Translations under genes and position numbers: made by a program
Notes under the pieces: model-generated
The model's database searches: none
What the model saw: only the letters and a program-made list of their open reading frames with translations
What the model was told of the DNA's origin: nothing
Assembly (NCBI GenBank): GCA_030704615.1
Contig: CM060733.1
Coordinates: forward strand, 3,162,001 to 3,226,000
DNA length: 64,000 bases
Source: Takakia lepidozioides
Lineage: Eukaryota; Plantae; Bryophyta
Direction: 5' to 3'
Part shown: positions 61,976 through 64,000 of the stretch, piece after piece
How the letters are laid out: each line of letters starts with the position of its first letter
How positions within the stretch are numbered: the first letter of the stretch is position 1

Positions 61976-64000
61976 TGTTGCGCACCTCACTTCGGTAAGC
62001 TCCCCCTCAAGTCATAGTTACTCGCTTTGATGCGCGCGCCTGACTCCCAACCTGGCCGTCGGGCCAACTTGGAGCTTCGGCTGCTCACCGGGGCATAACG
62101 GTCCCCCTTTGTTCTCCCAAAGAACCCTCCACCGATTTGGAACCAGCGGGAATTCCCTTTGGTAGTTGGCAGTCCGGAACAACTCCCCACTCTTTGGTCG
62201 CTTTCCGGCTCGCTCGCTTACTCACTAGTTTTTGGTCACCAACGGGCTTGCACCGTTCTCGGGGTTACTACTCCCTATATATACTTCTGTAGCTATCCGC
62301 GGGGGTTTCACAACTAGCCATGCCATTTTATGGCGAACCACCACAAAAACCCTCGACTCCCGGTGATGAGTCGCGGTGAGTCTTGGCCCACTCACAACGG
62401 CCCCTATGGCCGTGATGAGTCCCAAGACTCCCCACGACTCCCACCACGAGGTCTCCGCCCCCATGGTGAGTCCTATGCCACCCCCACTAAGTCTCGCTAA
62501 GCTACCACCACCCCTTGTGGAGCCACCCCCACCGCAACCCGGTGTGCGGGGCTCCACCTAGTGAGCGCCTCCGCCTCCTTGAGTGCCTTGGGCACTCAAG
62601 GGTGCTTCAGCCCCCCCCATACCTATCGCTGCCGCTGCCCCCACCACAGGGGAAGCCCCTCATGTGTCCCGACCCCCTGCCCTCAAGGCAAAGGGCCGCG
62701 ACACACACCCCTACCAACAGGGAGTCGATGTCCTCATCGACTTGTCCATTTTGTAGAAACGAACATCCAAGTTGTGGCGTCCCACATCAAGGAGTTTGTT
62801 TCCGTACCATGGCATCCCATGGCAAAGAACCAAACCCCACACTTGACTCTACTCTCCACTAGCTAGTTCGGCCGACTTCCTCCAAGTCCCGGCTAGGGGT
62901 GGAGCCTCTCAAGCTCCTCCCAGTGCACTCTTCTTGGCCTTCTTCAAGGTCAAGGAACGATCCTCCCCGAGGATCGAATCGTCTTACTGCAACAACATTG
63001 CTTGCGATCGCTCCTGATGCCGCTTTTGGCATCACTTTGCACAAGGGTTCACCTCGAACCCCCTTTGACTAGGAAGATAACCTTGAACCAACCGTGCGCC
63101 CCAATCACTACAATTGGGTCCGTCTTGGAATGCTGGCCTGAGGTACGGGAACACGTCGAAGCCGCACTACGACTTCGTCCCGAGGCTACACGATTATAGT
63201 ACGTGAACGGAAGCATGTAGCTTCCGCGTTAGCCCGCACTACAAGGCAACCACCTCGGTAGCGCAGTTATAGTACGCGCACGCGCCAGGTGCGCACTAGC
63301 ACGTGAACTCCCAAAGAAGGCGCATGTTTCCTTGCCCCTTGGATGGGAGTCACCCGATTTCGGCACTGCGCAAACACACGATTAACCCAATTTATCTCTC
63401 CCACTTTTGTAAGCTAGCATGCATTTTCACACACTAGCCAACCACACCATGCATCACCATTCCAAACAAAATATGACACACAACATTTGGAACCCATTTC
63501 CTTTATAACAAATTTTTGTACAATACAAGTTTTTGCAATTGGATTCATGAGCTAGCTAACCCGGGCTAAGCATGCATTTCCTCCCCCACGCTCCAAGGTT
63601 GATGTCCCCATCAACGCTTCTTCCCATTTTGAGGTCGCCCTTCGAAAACTGCAACCGCCTCGGATGCGTTTCCCATTTCTGAGGCACGCACCCAAGATGC
63701 CTCCACATGATGATAGCCCTTCCATTTGACGAGATACTCCGTTTCTCGGTTCTTGAACCTCCTCGACTTAAGTACTGCCTCCACCTCGTACTCAGGTTCA
63801 TTTTCATGATCCAACAGCACAGGTGACGGACGCAACGCTTGATGCCGATTCGGACGCGCTTCATCTTTGAAGTAAGGCTTCAAAAGGGAGACGTGAAATA
63901 CTGGATGCACCTTGCTGTTTGCCGGCAGCTCCAATTCATACACATCCTCATTCATAACCTTCCGGATGCGAAAGGGTCCCGCATACGGAGGTACGAACTT
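61976..64000 (-). mobile_element. 3' part of another chromovirus copy (3' LTR 61976-62703), running off the window
   Basis: Reverse complement of about 48045-50064. The LTR interrupts the RNase H sequence CTCTTCACC|CTTG seen intact in copy 1; expected TSD TCACC. Confidence 0.95.
63611..64000 (-). CDS. Chromovirus integrase C-terminus: GPF/Y domain and chromodomain (partial)
   Basis: KFVPPYAGPFRI...VHPVFHVSLLKPY...YEVEAVL...EYLVKWKGY. Open here where the 43-50 kb copy has a stop. Confidence 0.88.
   Translation of the reverse strand, partial: KFVPPYAGPFRIRKVMNEDVYELELPANSKVHPVFHVSLLKPYFKDEARPNRHQALRPSPVLLDHENEPEYEVEAVLKSRRFKNRETEYLVKWKGYHHVEASWVRASEMGNASEAVAVFEGRPQNGKKR

Overview
Eukaryotic, intron-rich land-plant DNA, probably a non-seed plant; the species cannot be fixed from sequence alone. 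Positions 1-26.5 kb are a gene-dense housekeeping block: a 25-exon SEC24 COPII subunit, a TRM5-type tRNA m1G37 methyltransferase, an RZ-1 glycine-rich RNA-binding protein, and a two-exon complex I subunit NDUFA1/MWFE that the ORF track misses. Positions 26.8-64 kb are a nest of transposons and gene fragments. The headline is two diverged, decayed copies (about 36-42 kb minus; 52.4-62 kb plus) of a Ty3/Gypsy retrotransposon whose polyprotein reads Gag - protease - DNMT3-like C5 cytosine methyltransferase - RT - RNase H - integrase - PHD finger. That order is a composite: Gag is seen only in the plus copy and integrase-PHD only in the minus copy. Just past the polypurine tract of the minus copy is an 85-bp repeat / ~330-bp spacer array. 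Its spacers are homologous to the sequence at 42550, the putative 5' end of the plus copy, and share stem-loops with compensatory changes. The plus copy is interrupted by a 4044-bp non-autonomous CACTA element carrying PPR fragments and by a chromovirus running off the window; a full-length chromovirus (TSD ACCAG) lies in its putative leader. A solo LTR of the same chromovirus (TSD ACAAC), an intronless NPC1 fragment and PPR fragments lie at 28-33 kb. All alignments were done by eye; no searches were run.
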